The notes under the pieces are model-generated. The model did not search any database and was not told the DNA's origin. It worked only from the letters and a program-made list of their open reading frames with translations. Of a stretch of 64,000 nucleotides of DNA, positions 1 through 13,021 are shown one piece after another. The DNA comes from Mycoplasmatota bacterium (GTDB taxonomy: Bacteria; Bacillota_I; Bacilli_A; MAG-NZ), in assembly GCA_018394315.1 (NCBI GenBank), contig CP074575.1:496001-560000 (forward strand), written 5' to 3'. Each line of letters opens with the position of its first letter. Within the stretch, counting starts at the first letter, position 1. The translations under genes and the position numbers were made by a program.

Positions 1-434
1 TAGGTGGTAGAGTTTCTGAAGAATTAATTTTCAATGAGATATCAACTGGAGCTCATAATGACTTCCAAAAAGCTACGCAAATCGCAAGAGCTATGGTTAC
101 TGAGTATGGTATGAGTTCTTTAGGACCAATCCAATATGAGCGTAGTACTGGTCCTGTATTCTTGGGAAGAGACTATAACAAATCAAAAGATTTCTCTGAG
201 AAAATGGCAATTGAAATCGATAATGCAGTTAAGGAAATAATTGATGAGTGTTATAGTAGAGCTCAAAAAACACTTACTGACAATATGGATTTAGTGAAGA
301 GAATCGCTCATTATCTTTTAGAAGTGGAAACACTAACAAAAGAAGAGATTTATGAGATAGTTGATACAAGCCATTTAAAATGGTGGGATGAAAAAAAAAC
401 GGAAAAGAATGAGACTCAAGAAGTTTCTGAGTAA
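1..434 (+). CDS. ftsH: ATP-dependent zinc metalloprotease FtsH, C-terminal part (5' end outside window)
   Basis: Frame is open from the window start: GGRVSEE...ISTGAHNDFQKATQIARAMVTEYGMS, peptidase M41 C-terminal motifs. Confidence 0.95.
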   Translation, partial: GGRVSEELIFNEISTGAHNDFQKATQIARAMVTEYGMSSLGPIQYERSTGPVFLGRDYNKSKDFSEKMAIEIDNAVKEIIDECYSRAQKTLTDNMDLVKRIAHYLLEVETLTKEEIYEIVDTSHLKWWDEKKTEKNETQEVSE

Positions 435-470
435 ACTAAGTTTAATTAGTTATTAATAATTATACAAATT

Positions 471-508
471 AGAATGATACCTTAAGAAATAGGATTCATT
501 CTTTTTTT
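471..508 (+). terminator. Probable intrinsic terminator after ftsH
   Basis: AGAATGA..CCT / AGG..TCATTCT imperfect stem followed by a T tract. Confidence 0.6.
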
Positions 509-854
509 GTACCAGGTTTGGTAGCATAAATGGAAAAGCAGTCGCTATTTATATTAACCTTAGATAACTATAGCTAAATCTATTTTGTGATTTAGTGACA
601 ATAAAAGAGTCTAACAATTATATGATAGTTTTAATGCAATTCATTTAATCTATCCATGTTTTTTTTCGGGAGTAGATATATGATTTTATAATGTCCATAT
701 TCACTAATTTATTGATAGAGAATGTTATCATTCGGATATCAATATTGAATTGGATACTAATTAAGTGATTGGAGATTTAAAACTTGCAACTACTAGTTGT
801 GATAAAAGTATTAAAAACACCAATATTTTGATATAATTATTATGAGGTGATATT

Positions 855-1112
855 ATGCGCATCGATAAATACTTAAAGGTATCAAGAATAATTAAGCGTC
901 GTTCTGTTGCAAAAGAAATAGCAGATAATGGTCGAGTAGAGATTAATGATAAAGTCGCTAAATCAGGTTCAACTGTTTCAATAGGTGACGTGATAAAAAT
1001 CCACTTTGGTAATAAAAAAGTTACAGTAAAAGTAAAAGAATTACTTAATTCAACAAAGAAGGAAGACGCTAATTTGATGTACGAATTAATAAGTGAAGAA
1101 AGAAATGCTTGA
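855..1112 (+). CDS. rqcP: S4-domain RNA-binding protein (YabO/RqcP, Hsp15-like)
   Basis: [21 protein letters not shown] motif; lies directly before yabP as in Bacillus; GAGGTG RBS. Confidence 0.9.
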   Translation: MRIDKYLKVSRIIKRRSVAKEIADNGRVEINDKVAKSGSTVSIGDVIKIHFGNKKVTVKVKELLNSTKKEDANLMYELISEERNA

Positions 1113-1115
1113 TTA

Positions 1116-1143
1116 GCATTTTTTTTAGTTTTTTTCATATCTT
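1116..1143 (+). promoter_or_regulatory. Possible sigmaE-type promoter for yabP-yabQ
   Basis: GCATTTT (1116) and CATATCTT (1136); spacing is close to the sigmaE consensus, but the context is AT-rich. Confidence 0.4.
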
Positions 1144-1156
1144 ATATAGAGGTGAG

Positions 1157-1426
1157 ATGATGGAACAAAAGATACATCAATTATTCTTAAAGGACAGGAA
1201 GTCTCTAGAAATAACTGGTGTTAAGAAAATTGAAAGTTTGAATGAGGAAGAATTTATAGTTGAGACCGAACTAGGACTCATGTCCATATTAGGTCGCGAA
1301 TTAGAAATGCGAAACTTGGATGTTGATAAAGGTGAGCTTCAAATTAAGGGATATATAACAATGATTGAATATAAAGACCATCAAGTAAGCGCATCAAAAT
1401 CTATGTTCAGTAAACTTTTTAAATGA
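1157..1426 (+). CDS. yabP: Sporulation protein YabP
   Basis: HQLFLKDRKSLEITGVKKIESLNEEEFIVETELG...G.L.I.G, ending SMFSKLFK; AGAGGTG RBS before ATG 1157/1160. Confidence 0.9.
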   Translation: MMEQKIHQLFLKDRKSLEITGVKKIESLNEEEFIVETELGLMSILGRELEMRNLDVDKGELQIKGYITMIEYKDHQVSASKSMFSKLFK

Positions 1427-1842
1427 TACCATTAAAAACTCAATACTCACTACTCATTAATTCAATAATTTTTGGAGCATATTTAGGAATTACATATGAC
1501 TTTCTAAGATTTTATCGAAACAATAACTATTGGTTTAAAGTATTCACAGATATAGTCTTTTGGGTAACTCAGAGTATTGTTGCAAGCTATTTTTTTTACA
1601 ACATTAGTTACGGAATAATCCCAATTTACTTGTTTATTATGTTCTTTGTTGGTTTTGTTTCTTACTACTACTTCTTGCATGACTTTCTTACGAACAAACT
1701 ACTAACTATAACAACTAATACTACCAAATTTTATAGAAAAACAGAAAAACAACGAAGGTTTGCTTTGGGTATCGATAACTACGAAAAGATGATTAAATTT
1801 TTCAAGAAAATAAAACTGAATAAACGTAAAAAGTCAAAATAA
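1423..1842 (+). CDS. yabQ: Spore cortex biosynthesis protein YabQ-like membrane protein
   Basis: Overlaps the yabP stop (ATGA); G..LG..YD..R...DIVFW pattern; three hydrophobic segments and a basic tail. Confidence 0.75.
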   Translation: MIPLKTQYSLLINSIIFGAYLGITYDFLRFYRNNNYWFKVFTDIVFWVTQSIVASYFFYNISYGIIPIYLFIMFFVGFVSYYYFLHDFLTNKLLTITTNTTKFYRKTEKQRRFALGIDNYEKMIKFFKKIKLNKRKKSK

Positions 1843-1846
1843 CGCT

Positions 1847-1855
1847 TTATCCACA
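1847..1855 (+). promoter_or_regulatory. Isolated perfect DnaA box upstream of the lysS promoter
   Basis: TTATCCACA; extended -10 TGTTATAAT at 1882-1890. Confidence 0.45.
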
Positions 1856-1908
1856 ATAAAAGTGTTATTTTTATCTAGTTGTGTTATAATAAATAATAAT
1901 TTTAATAA

Positions 1909-3408
<1,500 letters not shown>

Positions 3409-3951
3409 ATGCTGTTTATATATATATCAATAGGTATTTTCTTAAGTATTGATGCTATATTAATTTGCACAGTATACGGATTTAATTTAAAGAAAAATGA
3501 CATAACTAGAATCATTCTTCCTGTTTTCATTGGGGTAATGCATATATTGTTCCCAATTGTATTTGGTATAGTTGTTGGCCTAGTGAAAGATTATGTTGAC
3601 TCTTATGCTAGATTTATATCTGCAACTATCTTCTTCTATTTAGGTATTCAAATGATTAGAACCGATAGCGAAACAGAAATATGTTTAACAAGATCCATTA
3701 TCAACAGTTTGTTATTAGCTTTCGGTGTTAGTATAGACTCGATTGTACTTGGTTTATCCTTAGGTATTAGTCAGAAACATCACAATTTATATTATGCTGG
3801 ACTAATTTTTGGAATCATATCATTTTCGCTTAGTTACTTGAGTTTAAATCGCATCCCTGGACTGAAGAAAATACAAAAATTAGATTTACAATATGTTTCT
3901 GGTGGTTTCTTCATTTTATTAGCAGTACTATCATTTTTTAGAATATTATAA
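3409..3951 (+). CDS. MntP/YtaF-family membrane protein (putative manganese efflux)
   Basis: Duplicated LSIDA / VSIDS motifs, about 6 TM helices; abuts the lysS stop. Confidence 0.75.
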   Translation: MLFIYISIGIFLSIDAILICTVYGFNLKKNDITRIILPVFIGVMHILFPIVFGIVVGLVKDYVDSYARFISATIFFYLGIQMIRTDSETEICLTRSIINSLLLAFGVSIDSIVLGLSLGISQKHHNLYYAGLIFGIISFSLSYLSLNRIPGLKKIQKLDLQYVSGGFFILLAVLSFFRIL

Positions 3952-3954
3952 AAT

Positions 3955-3976
3955 AAACCCTCGATTTCGAGGGTTT
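3955..3976. terminator. Bidirectional terminator between convergent genes
   Basis: AAACCCTCGA-TT-TCGAGGGTTT. Confidence 0.8.
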
Positions 3977-4491
3977 TATAATATCTTATAGTTTTCTCCA
4001 ATTTGCTTAAATATCTCAGTAATCGGTAAATACTCACCATTATTTTCTATAATCTCATTTAGAAGCTCAATTATCTCTTGATATAAGGAGTCGCTAATAA
4101 TATCACGACTTAATAATAGTTTTTCTACTTGATCAATATACTCTTGAACATTCTCTTCGTCTTCTTCACTCATATCAGTAAAGTCCATTTTAAAATCTTC
4201 TAGTTCACATAAAAAATTATAAGTAACAGAATTCTCATCTAATTCCTCGAAAGTAGAAAATTGATTAGATGAGTAGGATTCTATCTCATAAACCTTCTCA
4301 TTTAAATAGTTAAATCCCACGCTAAATATGTAGGCTTCATCCTCATCAAAACTATCTTTCTTTGATAAATACTCAACAATCACAACAAATGGCATTAATC
4401 TATCATAAATTAACGAATCTGCTTTTTCCATCTTCTCAAGGAAGTGTTTTTTTTCAACTAACCAATATTCATAATCACTAACTATTTTCAT
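3976..4491 (-). CDS. Hypothetical acidic protein
   Basis: 171-aa ORF with AGAGGT RBS and upstream TATAAT; no recognised motif. Confidence 0.7.
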   Translation of the reverse strand: MKIVSDYEYWLVEKKHFLEKMEKADSLIYDRLMPFVVIVEYLSKKDSFDEDEAYIFSVGFNYLNEKVYEIESYSSNQFSTFEELDENSVTYNFLCELEDFKMDFTDMSEEDEENVQEYIDQVEKLLLSRDIISDSLYQEIIELLNEIIENNGEYLPITEIFKQIGENYKIL

Positions 4492-4554
4492 AACTACCTC
4501 TACTCAATTTGTTCTACTATTATTATACCAATTTATATCTATTTTATTATATCA

Positions 4555-5340
4555 TTATCCCAAAGATACATCTAATGTCATCATAATAGCAAATCCAAAC
4601 ATAAATCCGATAGTTGCTAATTTTGCGTAATTGTTTTTCTGTGATTCTGGAACAAGTTCTTCAATAACAACATATACCATTGCTCCAGCAGCAAAGCTTA
4701 ATGCATATGGTAAAATACTCCTCATTGTATAAGCTAATGCAGCACCTATAACACCAGCAATTGGTTCTACGAGTGCACTAGCCTGACCAATAAGAAAACT
4801 CTTTTTCCTAGAAAATCCTTCTCTTCTTAGTGGAATAGAAACAGCTGCTCCCTCTGGAAAATTTTGTAAACCAATCCCAATTGCAAGGGCAACTGCGGTA
4901 GCAAGTGTAGCTCCTTGGATTCCTAGTGTAACTGCTCCAAATGCAACTCCTACTGCTAATCCTTCGGGAATATTATGTAATGTAATAGCTAACGTTAATA
5001 GTAAAGATCTATGAACCTTATTGCTTTTCTTTATTTTTCTCGCTAACCAAAAATCTATACCCATTAGAATAGTGCATCCTGAGACAAATCCTATCAATGG
5101 TGGTACCCATTCAACTATACCTAATTCCTTGCTCATCTCAATACTAGGTGCTAATAATGACCAAAATGAAGCAGCAATCATTACTCCTGCTCCAAACCCT
5201 AACATTGAATTTAATATATACTGATTCATTCTCTTGAATAAGAATACTCCTGCAGCACCTAGAGCAGTAACAAACCAAGTAAATAATGTGGCTATCAATG
5301 CTTGTTGGATACTATTAAGTCCTATAAACCACTCAATCAT
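4555..5340 (-). CDS. ZIP-family (ZupT/GufA) metal transporter
   Basis: LHNIPEGLAVGV, QNFPEGAAVS, VEP motifs; multiple TMs. Confidence 0.93.
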   Translation of the reverse strand: MIEWFIGLNSIQQALIATLFTWFVTALGAAGVFLFKRMNQYILNSMLGFGAGVMIAASFWSLLAPSIEMSKELGIVEWVPPLIGFVSGCTILMGIDFWLARKIKKSNKVHRSLLLTLAITLHNIPEGLAVGVAFGAVTLGIQGATLATAVALAIGIGLQNFPEGAAVSIPLRREGFSRKKSFLIGQASALVEPIAGVIGAALAYTMRSILPYALSFAAGAMVYVVIEELVPESQKNNYAKLATIGFMFGFAIMMTLDVSLG

Positions 5341-5433
5341 TTATACACCTCATTTTATGATATGTTAACTATATCTAAATGTGAAAAAAGCTGATACACA
5401 ATCAGCTTTTCATATTGGAAATATTACTTTTTT

Positions 5434-6636
5434 TTACTTATGCTCTTTTAACCATTCAATAGCTGTATTAGCGTAGACCACAGCTCCAACAGAAAGTGCT
5501 CCCTCGTCAAATGCAACTTTTGGATGATGGTGTGGATAAACTTGATCATCAATCTTTAAAGTAGCGGCTATACCTATGAATGCAGATGGTACTTTTTCAC
5601 TAATAAATGCAAAATCCTCAGAACCACTCATTCTGGCATTTTCACCAAAGAGTTTTGAGGCATTACATAAAGCTGTTTCACCAAATAAATTACTTGAATA
5701 CTTAGTCACAGCATCATTGACTTCCTTATTGTTGATAACAGAAGGACATCCACTATAGAATCTTACTCGAGCTTTACAACGTAGACTTCTCGCAATTCCA
5801 TCTGCTATTTCTTGGATGCGTCTTTTAGAATATTCTCTTATTTCATTATCAAAAGTTCTAATTGTTCCTGTCATAATTGAAGAATCAGGAACTATATTTC
5901 CAGTAGTGCCACCTCTAATCTTGCATACAGTTGCAACTAAAAACTTATCTGGATCTATTTCTCTCGAATTAAGTTCACCTATTGCAAGGTGTATGTGACT
6001 CATTGCTACTAAAGGATCAATTGCTGAGTGTGGTGTTGCACCATGCCCACCTTTACCTTGTATTTCAATATCAAACCAATCTGATGATGCAGAAGCTAGA
6101 CCATTAGTCATATATATAATTGCTCCTGTTGGAACATTAACTCCTGCAAACGCGTGAATCATCATTGCTGCATCAACGGTAGGATTCTCTAGTAATCCAG
6201 CGTCAATCATATCCTTTGCTCCTGACAAAGTTTCTTCTGCAGGTTGGAACATCATCTTTACAGTTCCTTCTATTTGATCTTCATTATCCTTAAGTAACTG
6301 GGCAGCGCCAAGTAGCATCGCTGTATGTAAATCATGCCCACAGGCATGCATATTATCTGTTTTAGATTTATAAGGTAAATTAACTTGTTCCTTTAGTGGT
6401 AGTGCATCCATGTCTCCTCTTAACATAAATGTTTTGCCTGGTTTTTTTCCTCCAGCAAGCGCTACTACACCAGACTTTGTTATTTCCTTTGGATCATATC
6501 CCATCCCTTTAAGTTGATCCATAACATACTTTGTAGTTATAGGTAAATCATTATGTACTTCAGCGTTTTCATGTAAATATCTTCTGTGATTAATTATCTT
6601 TTGTTCATACTTCTTTACTTCTTCTAATAAATTCAT
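5434..6636 (-). CDS. M20 family amidohydrolase (hippuricase-like)
   Basis: LRGDMDALP, MHACGHDLH, FQPAEE, GGHG, SEDF, HHP motifs. Confidence 0.95.
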   Translation of the reverse strand: MNLLEEVKKYEQKIINHRRYLHENAEVHNDLPITTKYVMDQLKGMGYDPKEITKSGVVALAGGKKPGKTFMLRGDMDALPLKEQVNLPYKSKTDNMHACGHDLHTAMLLGAAQLLKDNEDQIEGTVKMMFQPAEETLSGAKDMIDAGLLENPTVDAAMMIHAFAGVNVPTGAIIYMTNGLASASSDWFDIEIQGKGGHGATPHSAIDPLVAMSHIHLAIGELNSREIDPDKFLVATVCKIRGGTTGNIVPDSSIMTGTIRTFDNEIREYSKRRIQEIADGIARSLRCKARVRFYSGCPSVINNKEVNDAVTKYSSNLFGETALCNASKLFGENARMSGSEDFAFISEKVPSAFIGIAATLKIDDQVYPHHHPKVAFDEGALSVGAVVYANTAIEWLKEHK

Positions 6637-6688
6637 ACTACCTCCTTAAAAAATTAAAGAGAATTCAAGTAATTGAATTCTCAGTTGT

Positions 6689-9260
<2,572 letters not shown>

Positions 9261-9268
9261 GAGATAAT

Positions 9269-9838
9269 TTATTTCTCTTCATATAATTCTTCATAGTCGT
9301 CCATATATTCATTATAATCCTCTTCGTCCATAAGATTAAAATCATCCGTACGGTCAGTATCTTGCTTCTCATTAGATTCTGGCTTTGATGCTTCTTTTAC
9401 ATCCTCTTGTTTTTTATCTTCTACTTTTTCAATTTCTTCAAGAACTTCTTCAATAGTTACTTCCTCTTCTTTGACTTCTTCTTTTCGTCTAATTCTCTCA
9501 ATTCTTTCTTCCTCTTTTTTAGCAGCTAGTAATTTTTCCTTTTGTCTTATGCTTTTTTTCTCTTTAATCTCTTCTGGATCAATAAAGTAAGAAGCATCTT
9601 TATCCCAAAGTTCAATCGGTTGTCTCTCTTTTAAATCCCATTCATTACTACCAGTGTAGATGAATAAAGCACTCAGGGATAAATCATTATAAAATCGAGA
9701 AATATTTTTTTCCATATCTTTATCTGAAAACCCTAAGGTTTCTGAAACTTCTTTAAATATACTATCAAATTTTTGTGGGCTTCGTTTTCTTTTTAACAAA
9801 TCCACAGCAGTTTCTATCATTGACTTATGTCCAACCAT
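9269..9838 (-). CDS. rpoE: DNA-directed RNA polymerase subunit delta
   Basis: SMIETA...FYNDLSL...F...G.NEWDLKER N-domain, acidic C-tail, upstream of pyrG as in Bacillus. Confidence 0.92.
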   Translation of the reverse strand: MVGHKSMIETAVDLLKRKRSPQKFDSIFKEVSETLGFSDKDMEKNISRFYNDLSLSALFIYTGSNEWDLKERQPIELWDKDASYFIDPEEIKEKKSIRQKEKLLAAKKEEERIERIRRKEEVKEEEVTIEEVLEEIEKVEDKKQEDVKEASKPESNEKQDTDRTDDFNLMDEEDYNEYMDDYEELYEEK

Positions 9839-9928
9839 TATTTCCTCCTATACAACTATACGTTGCCATAACCTAACAAGCAATTGTTAAGTCCTATTTA
9901 ATTCTATCAAATATTTCCTCTTTTTCAA

Positions 9929-10303
9929 CTACGAATAATAAATCTCAATCTCATGATTTTTAGTACTTTCATTTGCATCAGAGGAATATTCGATTTTTAA
10001 GTATCCATCTTTATTAACTATTTCGTGAGTAGTAATATTAAATTGCATTTTCACATTATCAATTTTATAATCCATTACTGTAGTTTGTCCAATAATAAAT
10101 TCTTGAAACATTTCAATTCCATTAGTCCTATTAATGATTACATTATCTCCAATAATTATGGATGTGTCAACTTCATAGTTGTCCATCATTTCTCGATAAG
10201 ATAATTGTTTAATGTCATTAATTATTAATATTCCATCATATAAGAGCTCTAATTCATATTCATCAATTTTCGACTTAAATTTCACTTTTACTTTCTTATT
10301 CAT
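9929..10303 (-). CDS. DUF1934 (YwiB-like) beta-barrel protein
   Basis: beta-rich 124 aa with L.Y.E, I.R...M.QEF..G.T...Y pattern; near rpoE. Confidence 0.65.
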   Translation of the reverse strand: MNKKVKVKFKSKIDEYELELLYDGILIINDIKQLSYREMMDNYEVDTSIIIGDNVIINRTNGIEMFQEFIIGQTTVMDYKIDNVKMQFNITTHEIVNKDGYLKIEYSSDANESTKNHEIEIYYS

Positions 10304-10313
10304 ATCTAAACTC

Positions 10314-10496
10314 CTAAATTACTAAAATAACATATAGTAGTATTATTCCTGGCACCCTTAATATACCCACTATAAGTATATTAATCAAGTTTATTGGAAT
10401 ATTAAAATTAACATATACTCCTATCATATTAAGAATAAATAGAGAAATTGTCCCAAAAGCAATAGTAGTAAGTAACCCCTTTAGAAAATCCTTCAT
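10314..10496 (-). CDS. bofA: Pro-sigmaK processing inhibitor BofA family
   Basis: Small hydrophobic protein, G..LFILN.IG....IPIN.....GIL.VPG..LL signature; AGGTG RBS. Confidence 0.8.
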   Translation of the reverse strand: MKDFLKGLLTTIAFGTISLFILNMIGVYVNFNIPINLINILIVGILRVPGIILLYVILVI

Positions 10497-10512
10497 TTTT
10501 ATCACCTATTAA

Positions 10513-10541
10513 TTAATATGATGATAATTTCCAATAAATAA
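10513..10541 (-). promoter_or_regulatory. Possible sigmaE-type promoter for bofA
   Basis: TTATTTA-N14-CATATTAA on the minus strand. Confidence 0.45.
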
Positions 10542-10612
10542 CAGGAATTGAATTATATCTTTTATATTAGAATAAATCAAGTAACAGTGATATATAGCTC
10601 TATATGTTGTGA

Positions 10613-10626
10613 TGTAAGCGTTTTAA
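10613..10626. promoter_or_regulatory. cre-like (CcpA/LacI family) site upstream of the Na/Pi transporter
   Basis: TGTAAGCGTTTTAA resembles the cre consensus TGWNANCGNTNWCA. Confidence 0.4.
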
Positions 10627-10695
10627 TGAAAAGTTGGGATTAATATCTTTACTTAACCATTGTGAATTGCTATTATAAGTTCGTGAGGTGAAATT

Positions 10696-12408
10696 ATGCT
10701 ATTAGAAGCAGTAACATTAGATTATACACAATTGATATTTCTGTTTGCTGGTGGACTAGGTATCTTCTTATTTGGTATAAAATTTATGGGAGATGGTCTA
10801 CAATTACTAGCTGGTGACAGAATAAAGGGAATTATTGAAAAATATACATCATCACCACTAAAAGCAGTCTTTGTCGGAATAATAGTTACAGGATTAATTC
10901 AAAGTAGCTCAGGTACTACAGCATTATCTGTTGGACTAGTAAGAGCAGGATTAATGACACTACCACAGGCTGTTGGAATCGTAATGGGTGCAAACATAGG
11001 AACAACAGTAACTGCATTCCTAATTGGTCTAAAGATCAAAAGATATGCTTTACCTATTATGGCATTAGGGGCATTCTTTTTTATGTTCGCTAAGAAAAAT
11101 AAGCACTCTTATTTTGGTCAAGCCGTGCTAGGATTTGGAGCATTATTCTACGGACTTAAGCTGATGTCCGATGGCCTTAAGCCTATATCGCATCTAGCTT
11201 TCTTCGAAGAATTCATGGTAAGTCTATCCCATAATCCAATACTAGGAGTATTAGTCGGATTAGGATTAACATTGATTGTACAAAGTTCAAGTGCTACGAT
11301 CGGAATTCTTCAAAATTTATATGCAGATGGAGCAATACCATCACTTAGAAGTGCATTACCAATACTATTTGGTGATAACATAGGAACCACAATTACAGCT
11401 TTCTTAGCCGCAATAGGAGGTTCAGCAGCTGCCAAAAGAACATCAGCATTCCATATTCTATTTAATGTATTAGGTGCCGTCATCTTCTTGATGATTTTAT
11501 CCCCTTATGCAGGAGTAGTTACACTTTTAGTTGACTTCTTGAGAAATATGGGCATGAGTATTAGTAAAGAGATGGAAGTAGCAATTTCTCATGGTGTATT
11601 TAACATATCGGCAACTATATTGATCTTCCCATTCGCAACTAAAATTACAAAGCTTATAACTAAAGTTATTAAAGATGATAAAGATCAAGATTTATATTTG
11701 TCCGAGGAATTATTAAACGAACAGTTAATCGATCAATCACCTACATTCGCATTAGAACAAGCGAAAAGAGCTGTAATTCAGCTAGGTAATCTAGCAGAAA
11801 AATCTTTACATCAAACTTATAATTATTTCAAGAATAATGATGTAAAACATAAAGAAACAGCAAATACTGTAGAAGACATGGTAGATTTGTTGGAATTAAG
11901 GATAAAGAACTACTTGGTTAAAATATCCACTGAGGAGTTAAGTAATGACGACACAAAGACTCACTTAATCTTAATTCAATCGATCAAAGATTTTGAAAGA
12001 ATTTCTGATCACTCACAAAAACTAATTGAGTTCTTTGATTATATATCAAGTGCTGGTGCAACAATTGAAGAAGATTTATATAAAAACATTAAAAGAATGT
12101 TTAAGATGAATTTAGACATTGTGAATCACACTACTGCGTTGCTTGAGACATTTGATTTAGAAGCTGCTCAAGTAGTTGTAGATAAAGAAAAAAATATTGA
12201 TATATTCTCTAAACAGGCTAACAAGTCTCATATCGAAACTATTAAAGCGAATAAAACAGTAGGTATTGTTGCAGGATTATTTATTGACATAATAAACAAC
12301 CTAGAAAAGGTTGGTGATCACTGCGATAACATAGCTGGCTATATTATTGGTGAAGAAGAGCTTGGAGAATTAGATTTAGAGGCTATCGATAATTTAATAG
12401 CAGACTAG
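10696..12408 (+). CDS. Na+/phosphate cotransporter with C-terminal PhoU-like domain
   Basis: Twin QSSS motifs, GANIGTT / GDNIGTT, ERISDH and EKVGDH PhoU repeats. Confidence 0.95.
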   Translation: MLLEAVTLDYTQLIFLFAGGLGIFLFGIKFMGDGLQLLAGDRIKGIIEKYTSSPLKAVFVGIIVTGLIQSSSGTTALSVGLVRAGLMTLPQAVGIVMGANIGTTVTAFLIGLKIKRYALPIMALGAFFFMFAKKNKHSYFGQAVLGFGALFYGLKLMSDGLKPISHLAFFEEFMVSLSHNPILGVLVGLGLTLIVQSSSATIGILQNLYADGAIPSLRSALPILFGDNIGTTITAFLAAIGGSAAAKRTSAFHILFNVLGAVIFLMILSPYAGVVTLLVDFLRNMGMSISKEMEVAISHGVFNISATILIFPFATKITKLITKVIKDDKDQDLYLSEELLNEQLIDQSPTFALEQAKRAVIQLGNLAEKSLHQTYNYFKNNDVKHKETANTVEDMVDLLELRIKNYLVKISTEELSNDDTKTHLILIQSIKDFERISDHSQKLIEFFDYISSAGATIEEDLYKNIKRMFKMNLDIVNHTTALLETFDLEAAQVVVDKEKNIDIFSKQANKSHIETIKANKTVGIVAGLFIDIINNLEKVGDHCDNIAGYIIGEEELGELDLEAIDNLIAD

Positions 12409-12411
12409 AAG

Positions 12412-12437
12412 AAAGGCGGAAAAATTATTCCGCCTTT
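12412..12437. terminator. Bidirectional terminator
   Basis: AAAGGCGGAA-N6-TTCCGCCTTT between convergent genes. Confidence 0.75.
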
Positions 12438-13021
12438 AATATTTTTAATGTAATTTTAAACAACTTCTCTTTTAATTCATCTTCGTGCATAGAATTGTAT
12501 TTTAAGTGATTTAATTCTTTTAATTCTCTTACTATTGTTTTTAGTATTATTATTAAATAATAATCATCAATTAATTCTACAACACCTTCTTGTCTTCCTT
12601 TATCATAGACATTTTCCTTAAATATCCCTAAATTTTGTTTTTGAAAATCAATAAGTTTTTCAAAAATAATCTTTTTCACATCTATTAATTTTAAATTACC
12701 GGGAATTAGACTTTCTTGAACAGCTATTATTTCACTTACTTTTCTTGATCCAATTGCTATGTTTTCAATATATCTTCTTAACGATTCCTCATAACTTAAG
12801 TTTTGATAACCTTCATTAATTAAAAATGCTTCCATCATTGACCCTATAACATAATCAATAACACTAGTTACAATTTCATCTTTACTACTAAAATACTCAT
12901 AAATTGTCCCCTTACCAATTCCCGCTTTGGCTGCTACTTCCTTTATTGTTACATCACTTACAGATCCTTTGTCCTTAATCAATTCCATAAACGAGTATAT
13001 TATCTTACGCTTCTTATTCAT
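12425..13021 (-). CDS. TetR/AcrR family regulator
   Basis: TIKEVAAKAGIGKGTIYEYFSSKDE HTH. Confidence 0.95.
   Translation of the reverse strand: MNKKRKIIYSFMELIKDKGSVSDVTIKEVAAKAGIGKGTIYEYFSSKDEIVTSVIDYVIGSMMEAFLINEGYQNLSYEESLRRYIENIAIGSRKVSEIIAVQESLIPGNLKLIDVKKIIFEKLIDFQKQNLGIFKENVYDKGRQEGVVELIDDYYLIIILKTIVRELKELNHLKYNSMHEDELKEKLFKITLKILKAE

Noticed and set aside
510..790. Possible gene remnant or sRNA between ftsH and rqcP
   Set aside because: Frames examined are short or stop-riddled, with no recognisable motif or stable structure.
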